A stretch of 64,000 nucleotides of DNA from Chthoniobacteraceae bacterium (GTDB lineage Bacteria; Verrucomicrobiota; Verrucomicrobiia; Chthoniobacterales; Chthoniobacteraceae). Each line of letters begins with the position of its first letter. Position 1 is the stretch's first letter. Position numbers and translations under genes: made by a program. The stretch is taken from contig JBBCKI010000019.1 of assembly GCA_037190965.1 (NCBI GenBank), positions 32,001 to 96,000 on the forward strand, read 5' to 3'. This document shows positions 1 to 9,888 of the stretch, piece after piece. The notes beneath the pieces were generated by a model that saw nothing but the letters and a program-made list of their open reading frames with translations, was not told the origin of the DNA and ran no database searches.

Positions 1-105
1 AGGCCCAACAACCGTTGACCAATAAACGGAAAAAATCAGCCGTGCAAGGGGAAACTCGGGAGGGCGAGGTGACGGGAAAAGCGCCCGGTTTGAAGGATCA
101 GACAG

Positions 106-200
106 GTAGCCCGCTCTCGCCGAGAGCGCGGGATCGGTGAAGAGCCGCGTTCGGCGTCCGTCCCCCGCAGGACAGGCTGCTTCTGTTGGGATGCGGCCTT
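106..200 (+). repeat. GTAG-type REP doublet (REPIN-like) element, family 1, left part
   Basis: GTAGCCCGCTCTCGCCGAGAGCGCGGG followed by ...CCCCGCAGGACAGGCTGC...TGTTGGGATGCGGC; matches copies at 51517, 61364 (reverse) and 43373. Confidence 0.8.
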
Positions 201-210
201 CCTGAAGGGT

Positions 211-786
211 TCACTCTGGTTTATCGATCGTTGCCAATCCGTAGGCGGCGAGGTAGTTGCCTACGTCTGCCTTGGAATAGGCAGGCAAACGGTCGGGTAT
301 GAAGGTCGGATAAAAGGTGTTGCCGCAGAAGTATTGATTGCGTCCCTGGAATACCGATCCGCTTGGGCTGGACGGGTCTGCCTGAATAAGCGTCACTTCA
401 GAACTTCGGCTGAGAAATCGGTTCAACTCCTCGGTCGATAACACCAGGAGAGCTGGAGTGAATGTAACGCCGCGCACCTCAATACGAGAGCCATCGGTGG
501 CGAAAATGAGGTTGGGCGCGGCGATCGATGCCAATTGCCGAGCTGAATCGAGCACCGGACGGTTGTCGTGAATGGTGGCGGAGCCGAAGAACTTATAGCC
601 CGCAAAATGCGCGGTCAGAATGGCGATGCTGGCTGCTGCGGCTGCACCGCGAACGATGCGGCCACGCGACGGATCGATGGCAATGCGAACTCCCCAGATA
701 AAAACCAGGATGATCCATGCCAATTCGCCCAGGCCGATCAAGGCGGCGATGATAAAGCATGCGATGCCGGTAAGCGTGAATTTCAT
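211..786 (-). CDS. hypothetical membrane protein (N-terminal hydrophobic helices)
   Basis: 191-aa ORF with ATG start, co-oriented 31 bp after the FAD oxidoreductase stop. Confidence 0.6.
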   Translation of the reverse strand: MKFTLTGIACFIIAALIGLGELAWIILVFIWGVRIAIDPSRGRIVRGAAAAASIAILTAHFAGYKFFGSATIHDNRPVLDSARQLASIAAPNLIFATDGSRIEVRGVTFTPALLVLSTEELNRFLSRSSEVTLIQADPSSPSGSVFQGRNQYFCGNTFYPTFIPDRLPAYSKADVGNYLAAYGLATIDKPE

Positions 787-817
787 GAGCGATTTCCGTT
801 CACATCATGGCAGAAAA

Positions 818-2245
818 TCAATCAGGGCGGGCTGCGAAAAGACACTTGTGATGCCGGTACCAGTCGCTGGTGAAAAGTTCCCCGGGATCATGCTCCTGTT
901 TGAGCCGGAGAAATTCCCTGAAGCGCGGATGGCATGCCTCGACCTGTTCGCGCGAAGCCCAGCGATGATAGGTCAGGTAGTAGCTTCCGCCAAACTGGAC
1001 GGCGAGGTCAATCAAGCCTCGGAACGCTTTCTGTGCAAGGGCAATGCCCGGTTCGGTGTGCTCCACGTGCAGGTTGAAAATGATGCAGGCCCACGGCTCG
1101 CGCGCCCATGCGAGGAAACTTTCCGTATCGCGTTCGATCAGCCGGATCGTTCCGTAGATGACGGGCACTCTTTGGCAGCGTAGCCACTCGGCGGCGTTCC
1201 CCATGAAGGCGGCGAGCGTGTCGCGCGGCACATAAATTTCGGTAATCATTTCGCTCCCCCGGCACGGCGCGCCGAGGTGGCAGTCGAGCTGTGCATGGTA
1301 GTCATCCACGTAGGTCGTCAACTGGTGTGTGTCGCTCCAGTACCGCTGGCCGTGCGTCGATAGATAGTAACCGGCGTATTCGTCGAAGACCCGGCGGCGG
1401 TCGGTGTGCGCGAGATAGAGCAGCCGGGTCCAGTCCTCGCCACGGAGTTCCTGCTGCCCGGCGGGAACCGGCAGATCGTCGTCGATCCGGTGGTAGGCCG
1501 AAAAAACACCACGTTGCAGGAAATCTGGCGAATTCTCGTCGATGGAGAACTGAAAGTCTCCAAAAAGCCACTCGGTCGTATCGCGCTCCTCGGGCACGCG
1601 GACCAATTCCTCCAGCGTGATGATCTCCACGCGCCGTTCGACTTTCCGGCGCTGCATCAGCCGCAGGGTGACTTCCTCGATGATCCCAAACATTCCATAA
1701 CCGCCGATGGCGAGGCGGAAGAGATCGGCATTCTCCATGCGGCTGCAATGGAGTATCTCACCCTGGGCATTCACAAGGCTGAACGCTTCCACATCCGAGA
1801 TGATGGGAGGCATTCGCAATCCCCGTCCATGGATATTGGCGGCTAGCGCACCCCCAAGCGTCAGTGAGTCCGCGCCCGTCTGCTTTTGCCGGATGCCCCA
1901 TGCCGCCGCACTTGTCCCGGAACTGTTCTGAATCGCCAGATAGCCTTCGATCAACTCACGCCACTGGATGCCCGCGCAGGCGGTGATCAGCCCGTGTTGA
2001 ATATCGAAAGCCCGGATCGCGGAATGCCGCCTCATATCGACCAGCCACGTTTCCTCCCCGAATTGCTGGCCCCCCATCGCATGGCGTCCTCCGCAAATGG
2101 AGAGCTTCGCTCCGGCTTTCCTTGCCGCATCGATGATCCTCGACAGGTCTTCTCGCTTTTCCGGCTCCATGACCCGGCGAATGCTGGTTTCGTTTAGTCG
2201 CGAATGAATGTCGTTGGCGATCAATCCATCGAGAAAGGCATCCAT
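818..2245 (-). CDS. FAD-binding oxidoreductase (VAO/PCMH, aldonolactone oxidase-like)
   Basis: GGRHAMGGQ FAD-binding motif, TLGGALAANIHG, AIGGYGMFGII, C-terminal GSYYLTYH...DP..F.S. Confidence 0.85.
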   Translation of the reverse strand: MDAFLDGLIANDIHSRLNETSIRRVMEPEKREDLSRIIDAARKAGAKLSICGGRHAMGGQQFGEETWLVDMRRHSAIRAFDIQHGLITACAGIQWRELIEGYLAIQNSSGTSAAAWGIRQKQTGADSLTLGGALAANIHGRGLRMPPIISDVEAFSLVNAQGEILHCSRMENADLFRLAIGGYGMFGIIEEVTLRLMQRRKVERRVEIITLEELVRVPEERDTTEWLFGDFQFSIDENSPDFLQRGVFSAYHRIDDDLPVPAGQQELRGEDWTRLLYLAHTDRRRVFDEYAGYYLSTHGQRYWSDTHQLTTYVDDYHAQLDCHLGAPCRGSEMITEIYVPRDTLAAFMGNAAEWLRCQRVPVIYGTIRLIERDTESFLAWAREPWACIIFNLHVEHTEPGIALAQKAFRGLIDLAVQFGGSYYLTYHRWASREQVEACHPRFREFLRLKQEHDPGELFTSDWYRHHKCLFAARPD

Positions 2246-2261
2246 GGAGGTGGAGGCTAAA

Positions 2262-3161
2262 CTAGGCTTGTTTCACTAGCAAGGCTACGGATTCCCCCTC
2301 GGCAAGCGGCTCCTTCTCAAGACCGTGTGGCAAAAGAAAGCGGCGGCGCAACTCATCGGGCGAACTAAGGGCCGAAAGATGCCAGCCGTGGGTCTCGACG
2401 AAGGTGGCGACCTCCGCACGCGGGAGTTCCCATTGGAAGGGTTCTCTGCGCCAGCGTAACCACCAGTCGATGGCGCGACCGCTCTGGTGGAAGGCTAGTG
2501 GTTTGTTAGGATGCGCTTCCATCCATGTAAAAGCGAAGCGGCTGCCGGGAACGGCGAATGCGGCCAGATCCCGGAAGATTTCCGAGACGCGGGCGGGCGG
2601 CAAATACATAAGAAGCCCTTCGGCAATGAAGAGGGTCGATTGAGTGGCGTCGTAACCAGGAATCACACTGAGTATCGACGACGGGGAGGCGTGCATCAAA
2701 TCCGCCGGTGCCAGAACGGGCGTCTCCTTCGGAGAGGCGTCGCGCAGTGCGGTCTTTGCCCCCTGGGTTGCGGGGTGATCGAGTTCGATGCAGAGAATGT
2801 CCGGGTTGGCCGCCTGCAACCTCCAGGCAAGCGTATCGAGCCCCGCTCCGAGAATGACGATTTGGCGGCAACCTGCTTTCAATGCTTCTTGTGCGATTTC
2901 ATCCAGCAGACGCTTGCGTGCGAAAAAGTGGAGGAAAATTCCCGGCAGGAAATAGCGTTCTGCCGCAAACAACCGCGCGCGCCACCACTTATGGCGTAAG
3001 GCGAAATTGAACCACCAGGCCGGGCCCGCCATCGCAAGGAGTTTCCGGGTCAGTTCCGCGCTTCCCGGCAGGAGCATTGGGCGAAGCGAAGGGGTAGCGT
3101 CGGCCAATAGGATTGCTCTTGCGATCAAGAGCGCGGTTGAACTGGTTCGGTTGGCTTTCAT
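2262..3161 (-). CDS. class I SAM-dependent methyltransferase (LCM/TIGR00027-like)
   Basis: QIVILGAGLDT, ELDHP and AEGLLMYL motifs; start placed at MKANR. Confidence 0.85.
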   Translation of the reverse strand: MKANRTSSTALLIARAILLADATPSLRPMLLPGSAELTRKLLAMAGPAWWFNFALRHKWWRARLFAAERYFLPGIFLHFFARKRLLDEIAQEALKAGCRQIVILGAGLDTLAWRLQAANPDILCIELDHPATQGAKTALRDASPKETPVLAPADLMHASPSSILSVIPGYDATQSTLFIAEGLLMYLPPARVSEIFRDLAAFAVPGSRFAFTWMEAHPNKPLAFHQSGRAIDWWLRWRREPFQWELPRAEVATFVETHGWHLSALSSPDELRRRFLLPHGLEKEPLAEGESVALLVKQA

Positions 3162-3205
3162 CCGTGGAGGCCCTATCACGTTATGTCAGAATCGCCCCGC
3201 CTTCA

Positions 3206-3369
3206 ATTATCCTGAATTCCGAAGTTGCTCGCGGCGATCTTGCACAACCTCTTGGGCATAAACGGTTTCGTCGAAGGCTCACAAAGATACGGCTACGCTT
3301 CTCCTCAACCGTTTCTGCACTAAGATTTTGCACAAGCTCATCCGCTCCAACATCGGAATTCAGGATAAT
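3206..3369. repeat. long imperfect inverted repeat (MITE-like or hairpin element)
   Basis: arms 3206-3267 and 3307-3369; outer 17 bp (ATTATCCTGAATTCCGA) perfectly inverted, pairing continues ~60 bp with mismatches. Confidence 0.8.
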
Positions 3370-3435
3370 CGCGCAAAATGCAAACGATCGGGTGAGCTTC
3401 GCCCTGTGGGCCTAAAACACCCCTGTAAACACGAA

Positions 3436-3466
3436 GCTGGCGGAAGGAGGTAATCCTTCCGCCAGC
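3436..3466 (-). terminator. hairpin downstream of secA, probable intrinsic terminator
   Basis: GCTGGCGGAAGGA-ggtaa-TCCTTCCGCCAGC 13-bp stem; U-tract weak. Confidence 0.6.
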
Positions 3467-3492
3467 CGTATCATAATCAATCAGGTGTCAGG

Positions 3493-6438
3493 CTACGCCT
3501 GTCTGCCGCAGCAGCTCTTATATTTCCGCCCGCTGCCGCAAGGGCAGGGATCGTTGCGGCCGATCTTTTCCTCTTCGCGGCGAGCGGTCACGCCTGCGAG
3601 TTCCCTCGGGGAGGGGGAATCCGAGAACGGTTCGCCCATCGGATCTTCCTGATGCAGGAGGTTCTGCGGAAGGCTCGTGAGGAACTGCTCGAAGGCTTGC
3701 AGGTTCGAGGTGCTGCGGAACAGATTGCCGAGAACCTCGTTTTTGATCCGTGCCATCAAATCGACAAAGATGTCGTAGGCCTCCGTCTTGTACTCGACGA
3801 GCGGGTCTTTCTGCCCGTAAGCGCGCAGGTAAACGGCTTCGCGTAGCGAGTCCATGGCGAAGAGGTGTTCCTGCCAGAGGCGGTCGATGGCGTTGAGGAT
3901 GATGTAGCGTTCCAGCCCGATAACGGCGGTCGGCTCCTCGTGCTTGATCTTGAGCCCGTAGGACTCTTTGACTTTCTCTACAACCCATGAGGCAATCTCC
4001 CCGGTTTCCATTTTCTCGAAATGCGCCTTGTCCGGCGTAATCCCGAGCGGGAAGGTAGTGTTGATCCAGTTCAACAACGCGCCGTAGTTCGGGGTGTTGT
4101 CGTCCGTATCGGGAGCGAGAAGTTCGTTGACCTTCACGGGAACGGCTTCCTCGATGATCTCGAAGATCAGCTTGCGCGGTTCGTCCGTGTCGATGGTCTC
4201 GTTGCGGAAGCCGTAGACGACCTCGCGCTGTTTGTTCATGACGTCGTCGAACTCCAGGGTGCGGCGGCGCATCTGGTAGTTGCGTTGCTCCACGCGTTTC
4301 TGGGCCGTTTCCACGGACTTGTTGAGCCACGGGTGTTCCAGCTCTTCGCCCTCTTTCATCCCGAAGCGCTCCATCATCTTCGTCATGCGGTCTGCCGCGC
4401 CGAAGTTGCGCATCAGATCGTCTTCGAAGGAGACAAAGAAACGGGAGAGACCGGGGTCGCCCTGACGGGAGCAACGGCCGCGCAGCTGGCGGTCGATGCG
4501 GCGTGATTCGTGGCGTTCGGTGCCGATGACGTAAAGGCCGCCGACCTCCGTGACGCCGGAGCCAAGTTTGATGTCGGTGCCGCGACCCGCCATGTTGGTG
4601 GAGATCGTGACCGATCCCGGCTGGCCCGCGCGGGCGACGATCTCGGCCTCCTGCGCGTGGTACTTCGCGTTGAGGACGGTGTGCGGGATCTTCTCGCGCT
4701 TGAGCATGCGGCTCAGGAGTTCCGAAGCCTCCACGCTGACCGTGCCGACGAGCACCGGTTGCTGGCGTCCGTGCGCCGCCTTGATTTCGTTGACGACGGC
4801 ATTGTACTTCTCCCGCCGGGTCTTGAAGATCAGATCGTTGAGATCCTTGCGAATGCAGGGCCGGTTGGTCGGGATGACCACGACGTCGAGCTTGTAAATA
4901 TCGTGGAACTCGTTGACCTCGGTTTCCGCCGTGCCGGTCATGCCCGCCAGCTTGGCGTAGAGGCGGAAGTAGTTCTGAATGGTGATCGTGGCGAGGGTCT
5001 GCGTCTCTTTGTCGATCTGCACGCCTTCCTTCGCCTCCACGGCCTGGTGGAGCCCGTCGCTCCAGCGGCGGCCCGCCATCTTGCGGCCCGTGAATTCGTC
5101 AACGATGACCACCTTGTTCTCCTCGACGACGTACTGAACGTCTTTCTCGAAGAGGCAGTAGGCGCGGAGAAGCTGCGAGATGTTGTGCATCCGCTCGGCC
5201 TGCCGGTCGCAGTATTCCTGTTTCTCGGCCTTGGCGGCGATCTTCTGCTCCTCGGTGAGGGAGTTATTGGTGTCGATCTCCGCAAACTGCGTAATGAGAT
5301 CGGGCAGCACGAAGGCGTCGGGATCGTTCGGGTTGAGGAATTCGCGGCCCTGCTCGCTCAGGTCAGCTTCGTGGGCGCGTTCGTCGATGGTGAAGAGGAG
5401 GCTTTCCTTCAGCGCGAAGAGCTCCGTTTTCTGCGAGTCGCCATGCATGGAGAGCTCGGCCTTGTCGATCGCTTTGCGTTGGTCGGGCTCCTCCATCGCC
5501 CGCAGGAGCGCCTTGTGGCGCGGCTGGGCCAGCTTGATCTTGAAGAAAATGCGGCCTGCCTCTTCGTTCTTCCCTTGTTTGAAGAGTTCTTCGCCCTCGG
5601 CGGCGAGGCGGTTGGTGAGAATCGCCTGCCGCTTGACGAGTTGCTCCACCAGCGGCTTGTACTTGTCGAACTGGTGGCTGGAGACCGTGGAGGGGCCGGA
5701 GATGATCAGCGGGGTACGGGCCTCGTCAATCAGGATCGAGTCGACCTCGTCAACGATGGCGAACGAGTAGCCGCGCTGCACCTGCAACTCCCGGCTCGTG
5801 GCCATGCCGTTGTCGCGCAGGTAATCGAAGCCGAATTCCGAGTTCGTCCCGTAGGTGATGTCGCAGGCGTATTGCTCGCGGCGGAGTTCCGGCGGCTGAT
5901 CGTGCTGGATGCAACCGCAGGTGAGGCCGAGGAACCGGAAGAGCGTGCCCATCCAGTCCGAGTCGCGCCGTGCGAGGTAGTCGTTCACCGTGACGAGGTG
6001 CGCGCCGCGCCCGGTCAGCGCGTTGAGATAAAGCGGGAGCGTGGCGACGAGCGTTTTGCCTTCGCCGGTGGCCATTTCGGAAATCTTGCCGTTGTGCAGC
6101 ACCATGCCGCCGATCAACTGCACATCGAAGTGCACCATGTTCCAGGTGGCGGGTACCCCGCAGACCATGACTTCCTGGCCCACAAGGCGGCGCGCGCCGT
6201 TTTTGACGACGGCAAACGCTTCGGGAAGGATCTCGTTGAGGTATTTCTGCTGCGCGTCGTAATCCTCGATTTTGGCGAGCGCCTCTTTCCAATTGGCCGT
6301 CTTGGCCCGCAACTGATCGTCGGAAAGCGATTGAAGTTGTTTTTCGAGCTCGCTGATCTTTTCCGCAATCGGTCGCAGCCGGCGGATTTCCCGCTGGTTC
6401 TTCGAGCCGACGATTTTCTTCAGGATCCAGTTCACCAT
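3493..6438 (-). CDS. secA: preprotein translocase subunit SecA
   Basis: MATGEGKT, VDEVDSILIDEARTPLIISG, STNMAGRGTDI, C-terminal SEC-C GRNDPCPCGSGRKYKSCC. Confidence 0.99.
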   Translation of the reverse strand: MVNWILKKIVGSKNQREIRRLRPIAEKISELEKQLQSLSDDQLRAKTANWKEALAKIEDYDAQQKYLNEILPEAFAVVKNGARRLVGQEVMVCGVPATWNMVHFDVQLIGGMVLHNGKISEMATGEGKTLVATLPLYLNALTGRGAHLVTVNDYLARRDSDWMGTLFRFLGLTCGCIQHDQPPELRREQYACDITYGTNSEFGFDYLRDNGMATSRELQVQRGYSFAIVDEVDSILIDEARTPLIISGPSTVSSHQFDKYKPLVEQLVKRQAILTNRLAAEGEELFKQGKNEEAGRIFFKIKLAQPRHKALLRAMEEPDQRKAIDKAELSMHGDSQKTELFALKESLLFTIDERAHEADLSEQGREFLNPNDPDAFVLPDLITQFAEIDTNNSLTEEQKIAAKAEKQEYCDRQAERMHNISQLLRAYCLFEKDVQYVVEENKVVIVDEFTGRKMAGRRWSDGLHQAVEAKEGVQIDKETQTLATITIQNYFRLYAKLAGMTGTAETEVNEFHDIYKLDVVVIPTNRPCIRKDLNDLIFKTRREKYNAVVNEIKAAHGRQQPVLVGTVSVEASELLSRMLKREKIPHTVLNAKYHAQEAEIVARAGQPGSVTISTNMAGRGTDIKLGSGVTEVGGLYVIGTERHESRRIDRQLRGRCSRQGDPGLSRFFVSFEDDLMRNFGAADRMTKMMERFGMKEGEELEHPWLNKSVETAQKRVEQRNYQMRRRTLEFDDVMNKQREVVYGFRNETIDTDEPRKLIFEIIEEAVPVKVNELLAPDTDDNTPNYGALLNWINTTFPLGITPDKAHFEKMETGEIASWVVEKVKESYGLKIKHEEPTAVIGLERYIILNAIDRLWQEHLFAMDSLREAVYLRAYGQKDPLVEYKTEAYDIFVDLMARIKNEVLGNLFRSTSNLQAFEQFLTSLPQNLLHQEDPMGEPFSDSPSPRELAGVTARREEEKIGRNDPCPCGSGRKYKSCCGRQA

Positions 6439-6469
6439 AACAATTTGAGGAGAGAGAGTCCGGAGTGGC

Positions 6470-7039
6470 TTACTTGCTGCCCGGTTTGGTGCCAGGGGTG
6501 GCTGCCAGGTCGGGTGGAAGTTGATCGGGCTCGAAGGTTTCTATATCCAATTTAACCAGACTGACAAACGGGGCGCCGAAGTCGGGTGTCTGGCTCCCGC
6601 TCCGATCCACCAGCGTCCCGACCGCCGCGACGATGCCGCCACGGCTTCGGACGATTTCCAAGGTTTCCTGCACGCGGCCACCGCGTGTCACCACATCTTC
6701 AAGAACCAGAAAGCGTTCGCCAGGCCGAATTGTAAAGCCCCGGCGCAGAACCAGCCGGCCCTCTTCCTTTTCGGCGAAAATATGGCGCTTGTTGAGGCTG
6801 CGCGCAACTTCATGTCCCACGATCAATCCGCCAAGCGCCGGGGAGATCACGCTCTCGGCTTCGAAGCCGCAGAGCTTGGCGGCCAGCGCGGCACATACGC
6901 GGGCGGCAATGGCCGGGTTTTGAAGAAGAATCGCGCATTGGAGAAACTGGCGGCTGTGCAGGCCGGAGCGGAGGACGAAATGCCCGTCCAGCAACGCGTT
7001 GGTTTCTTTGAAAAGAGCGACGACTTCCTCGGGATTCAT
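6470..7039 (-). CDS. pyrE: orotate phosphoribosyltransferase
   Basis: GHFVLRSGLHS and PRPP-binding VLEDVVTRGG motifs. Confidence 0.95.
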   Translation of the reverse strand: MNPEEVVALFKETNALLDGHFVLRSGLHSRQFLQCAILLQNPAIAARVCAALAAKLCGFEAESVISPALGGLIVGHEVARSLNKRHIFAEKEEGRLVLRRGFTIRPGERFLVLEDVVTRGGRVQETLEIVRSRGGIVAAVGTLVDRSGSQTPDFGAPFVSLVKLDIETFEPDQLPPDLAATPGTKPGSK

Positions 7040-7101
7040 GGTGCCTGGTGCGGTCATTGTAATCGTTCTGCGCGTTCTGCGTTTTGGTCGTGGCAGGCTC
7101 T

Positions 7102-7482
7102 TTACTCCTTGATGGCGAGCGCCTCGATTTCAACCTGCGATCCCTTGGGCAGTCCGGCTACCTGGATGGTGGAGCGGGCGGGGAAGGGCTCGGAAAAATA
7201 GCGCGCATAGACTTCGTTCATCGCGGCAAAGTTGGCGAGGTCGGTTAGGAAAACGGTGGTTTTTACCACATCGGCGTAAGTCATGCCGTTGGCGCGAAGT
7301 ACCCCGCCAAGGTTCTCCAGGACGCGTTCCGTCTGGGCTTTGACATCGCCCTCGATCAATTCCCCGGTCGCCGGGTTCAGCGGGATCTGTCCGGCGCAGT
7401 AGAGGGTATTCCCCACGGCGATGGCTTGAGAGTAAGGCCCGACGGCGGTTGGAGCTTCAGGAGAGGCGATTACTTTTTTCAT
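7102..7482 (-). CDS. ridA: RidA/YjgF enamine-imine deaminase
   Basis: AVGPYSQA, CAGQIP, MNEVYARYF, PARS, VEIEA. Confidence 0.92.
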   Translation of the reverse strand: MKKVIASPEAPTAVGPYSQAIAVGNTLYCAGQIPLNPATGELIEGDVKAQTERVLENLGGVLRANGMTYADVVKTTVFLTDLANFAAMNEVYARYFSEPFPARSTIQVAGLPKGSQVEIEALAIKE

Positions 7483-7493
7483 GGGAAGTGGCG

Positions 7494-7521
7494 ACACTAC
7501 CAGAGACGTCCCCTGTGTCAA
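7494..7521 (-). promoter_or_regulatory. putative sigma70 promoter of ridA-pyrE-secA
   Basis: TTGACA-N16-TAGTGT ending 11 nt before the ATG. Confidence 0.55.
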
Positions 7522-7614
7522 CGCGTCGGCGCACTTGCTTTTTCGAAAGGGGCCTGGTCAAACGACCGCAAAAGATTGACGGGAGGTGAAGGGATATTGC
7601 AGAAAGCGGGAGGT

Positions 7615-8133
7615 ATGAAACGCTCCCTTCTTCTTGCGGGATTGTTATTGGCGCCATGGATTGTACAGGCAGCAGATAACTTTCAGGTCTCCGTTTTGCG
7701 TAAAAAGGCCGATGCCATTCGCGCGAAGGCGGCCCGGCCGGGGGAGGAGATCACGGCGACGGAGACAGTTTTTTATCAGGTCACCGTTGCCAACAGGGCT
7801 TTCAAGGAGACGGGGGCTGTGACGGCGAGGTACATTCTTTTCGTCGAACGGCAGGAACTCGGGGTGAAAGCCGGTTCAGAGCAAATCGACAAGGAAAAGG
7901 GGGAGAATGCCGTCGAAGCGCTCAAGCCTCAGGGGAAGGTGTCTTTCAACACTTCCGAGATCACTCTTCGCGAACAATCGCTGTCGGGGGGGAACTTTAT
8001 TTATCTCAATGGCGGGCGTATCAAGGCGAAGGACAGCCTTGTCGGGATTTGGGTCAAGCTCTTCGAAGGCGAGACCCAGGTGGGCGAGTACATCAACCCT
8101 TCGACCCTCTCCAATAAGTATAAGTGGAATTAG
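7615..8133 (+). CDS. hypothetical secreted protein
   Basis: GGAGG before ATG, signal peptide MKRSLLLAGLLLAPWIVQA, beta-rich mature part. Confidence 0.75.
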   Translation: MKRSLLLAGLLLAPWIVQAADNFQVSVLRKKADAIRAKAARPGEEITATETVFYQVTVANRAFKETGAVTARYILFVERQELGVKAGSEQIDKEKGENAVEALKPQGKVSFNTSEITLREQSLSGGNFIYLNGGRIKAKDSLVGIWVKLFEGETQVGEYINPSTLSNKYKWN

Positions 8134-8147
8134 CCTAATTCCCTTTT

Positions 8148-8936
8148 TTAGACCGTTCCCGACCAGATCAGCAGTCCCGGTAAAATTAGGAGGGCATCGG
8201 CGATCAACGGTCCCAGGATTTCCTGGCTGAGAAGCGCGGGAAACTGCGCCGCCAGAGCCAGTGCCGCTCCCGGGAGGGCGAGTTCCAGCGCGCCGCTGGA
8301 GGCCGAAAGGGCGATCGAGATCAGAAGAATCCCTGTGGCGATCCGGCACGCGGCGAGAGGGCCGAGCAGGACCGGAAGTGTCGGGACATGATTCTGCCGG
8401 TCGCGTTCCCGGTCTTTAAGGTCGCATAGGATCGCATTTGCCGCGATCATAAGGAACAGCGGCACCGGAATGGCAAGGATTGAGCTCAACCGGCCTGCGC
8501 CCGCAAAGGGAAGGGTGGCGCTTGCCCACGTCCATGCCAGGGCGATAGCCGCCGTTTTGGCCAGGGGCAGATGCTTGAGCCGTGGGTAGGCGAGGGAGAT
8601 TGCGGAAAGGATGAAGACGCCCGCCTGAAGGGAGTGCGGCATCTGGAGTGCGGCAAAGAGGGTGAGCCCCGCGAAAAGGATGGCAGCCTTCCAGAGGGTG
8701 CCTTGCAGCGGGGGCGGGTTCGAAGCCTGCGGCGGGTCAATCAGCCGATCCACCGTATAGGCGGCTCCGACGCCCGCCAGGAAAAGCGTCAACCCCCAGG
8801 AAGTAAACGGCGCACCAAGGGCGTGGCGCATGGTCTCCGCGAGTGACCACGCCACCGCGATGGGGAGCCCGCAGTAAACAAGCATCGCAAGGGAGCGTCC
8901 GCTCCGGCGCAAGCTGTCTTCAGAGGCGGATGGCAT
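8148..8936 (-). CDS. UbiA-like prenyltransferase family membrane protein
   Basis: multi-TM; Asp motifs YTVDRLID and NAILCDLKDRERDR...VPTLPVLLG. Confidence 0.7.
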   Translation of the reverse strand: MPSASEDSLRRSGRSLAMLVYCGLPIAVAWSLAETMRHALGAPFTSWGLTLFLAGVGAAYTVDRLIDPPQASNPPPLQGTLWKAAILFAGLTLFAALQMPHSLQAGVFILSAISLAYPRLKHLPLAKTAAIALAWTWASATLPFAGAGRLSSILAIPVPLFLMIAANAILCDLKDRERDRQNHVPTLPVLLGPLAACRIATGILLISIALSASSGALELALPGAALALAAQFPALLSQEILGPLIADALLILPGLLIWSGTV

Positions 8937-8939
8937 CCT

Positions 8940-9788
8940 CTATCGGGCCTTCCCTGTTATCTTTTCGCTCGGGGAGGGGGAAGAGGAAGGTTTTGGAATC
9001 TTGGGCGGAGTCTTGGGATGGGCCGCCGCCATATATCGCTGCGCTTCCAGGTTGAACTCACGGACGGCCGCCGGATCGTTGAGATCGAGCGATTGCCTTC
9101 GTTGCGCAAGGGCGTTGAACCAGCGTTTGAGGTCGTCCTCGGTTTTGGCGACCCCCTCGGCGGCAAGGTTCTGGCTTCCATCGAAGAAACAGGCCTGGGT
9201 GACATAGAAAAGTTCACCGGAACCGGGGCCGGTATCGTCGCGGACCAGGGAGGAACGCCAGAGGAAACTTCCCTTTCGCGCCTCGACCAGGCCGCCACGA
9301 AAATCCACGAGGTAACCGGGCTTCAGCTGCCCGAAAAGCGCCGCGATTTCCCGATTGGCGGGGATGAGATGCAGATTGGCGCTCTGCTTCACCGCTTCTT
9401 CCGCGGCAAGAAGAGGCTTCGCGTTCCAGCGGAAGGAATATTCGCGGCTGCGCTGTGAGAAAGTGAGGTCAGACAGCACCTTGGTATCAGACATCGGGCC
9501 CCATCCCAGAACCAGGTCGAAGGGGGCCAGTGCAGACTGCGTATCGTGGTAGCGCTGTACCGAGAGAACCCGTCCCTGAATATGGAACCCCGCCAGGCGG
9601 GTCAACTCATACTCTTTGATGGAGGCGGGGATGGGAGTGGCGTCGCCATCGGTTTGGATCGGGGCGTTCTGAATCAGGATCCCCGGCGCGTGGCGCACCG
9701 GGCTCAAAGCGAACCAGAGCCAGACTCCCGCCCCCAGCAGGGCCAGAAGGAGAAGCCGGAAGAATATTTTGGCGGCAAGGCTTTTCAC
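8940..9788 (-). CDS. conserved hypothetical protein with N-terminal anchor
   Basis: GTG start inferred because the upstream extension overlaps the divergent gene; motifs APFDLVLGWGPMSD, SANLHLIPA. Confidence 0.65.
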   Translation of the reverse strand: MKSLAAKIFFRLLLLALLGAGVWLWFALSPVRHAPGILIQNAPIQTDGDATPIPASIKEYELTRLAGFHIQGRVLSVQRYHDTQSALAPFDLVLGWGPMSDTKVLSDLTFSQRSREYSFRWNAKPLLAAEEAVKQSANLHLIPANREIAALFGQLKPGYLVDFRGGLVEARKGSFLWRSSLVRDDTGPGSGELFYVTQACFFDGSQNLAAEGVAKTEDDLKRWFNALAQRRQSLDLNDPAAVREFNLEAQRYMAAAHPKTPPKIPKPSSSPSPSEKITGKAR

Positions 9789-9888
9789 AACAGATCCGGA
9801 CACGGTTCTTTGCACAGCGATGGCGCAAACGCAATGGATTTCAGTGGAGTCCCCCGGCAAAAGCAGCCATGGTTGCCCACTTATTCTT

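Noticed and set aside
1..47. Possible 5' end of a minus-strand tRNA (GGGCCT...) with an upstream TTGCAC box
   Set aside because: Only 6 nt lie inside the window, so it cannot be supported.
4510..6555. 681-aa plus-strand ORF and similar long antisense ORFs (13183-15537, 43497-45557, 52132-53679, 61943-63499)
   Set aside because: Shadow frames opposite well-supported genes; expected from GC-rich codon bias and carrying no recognisable motifs.
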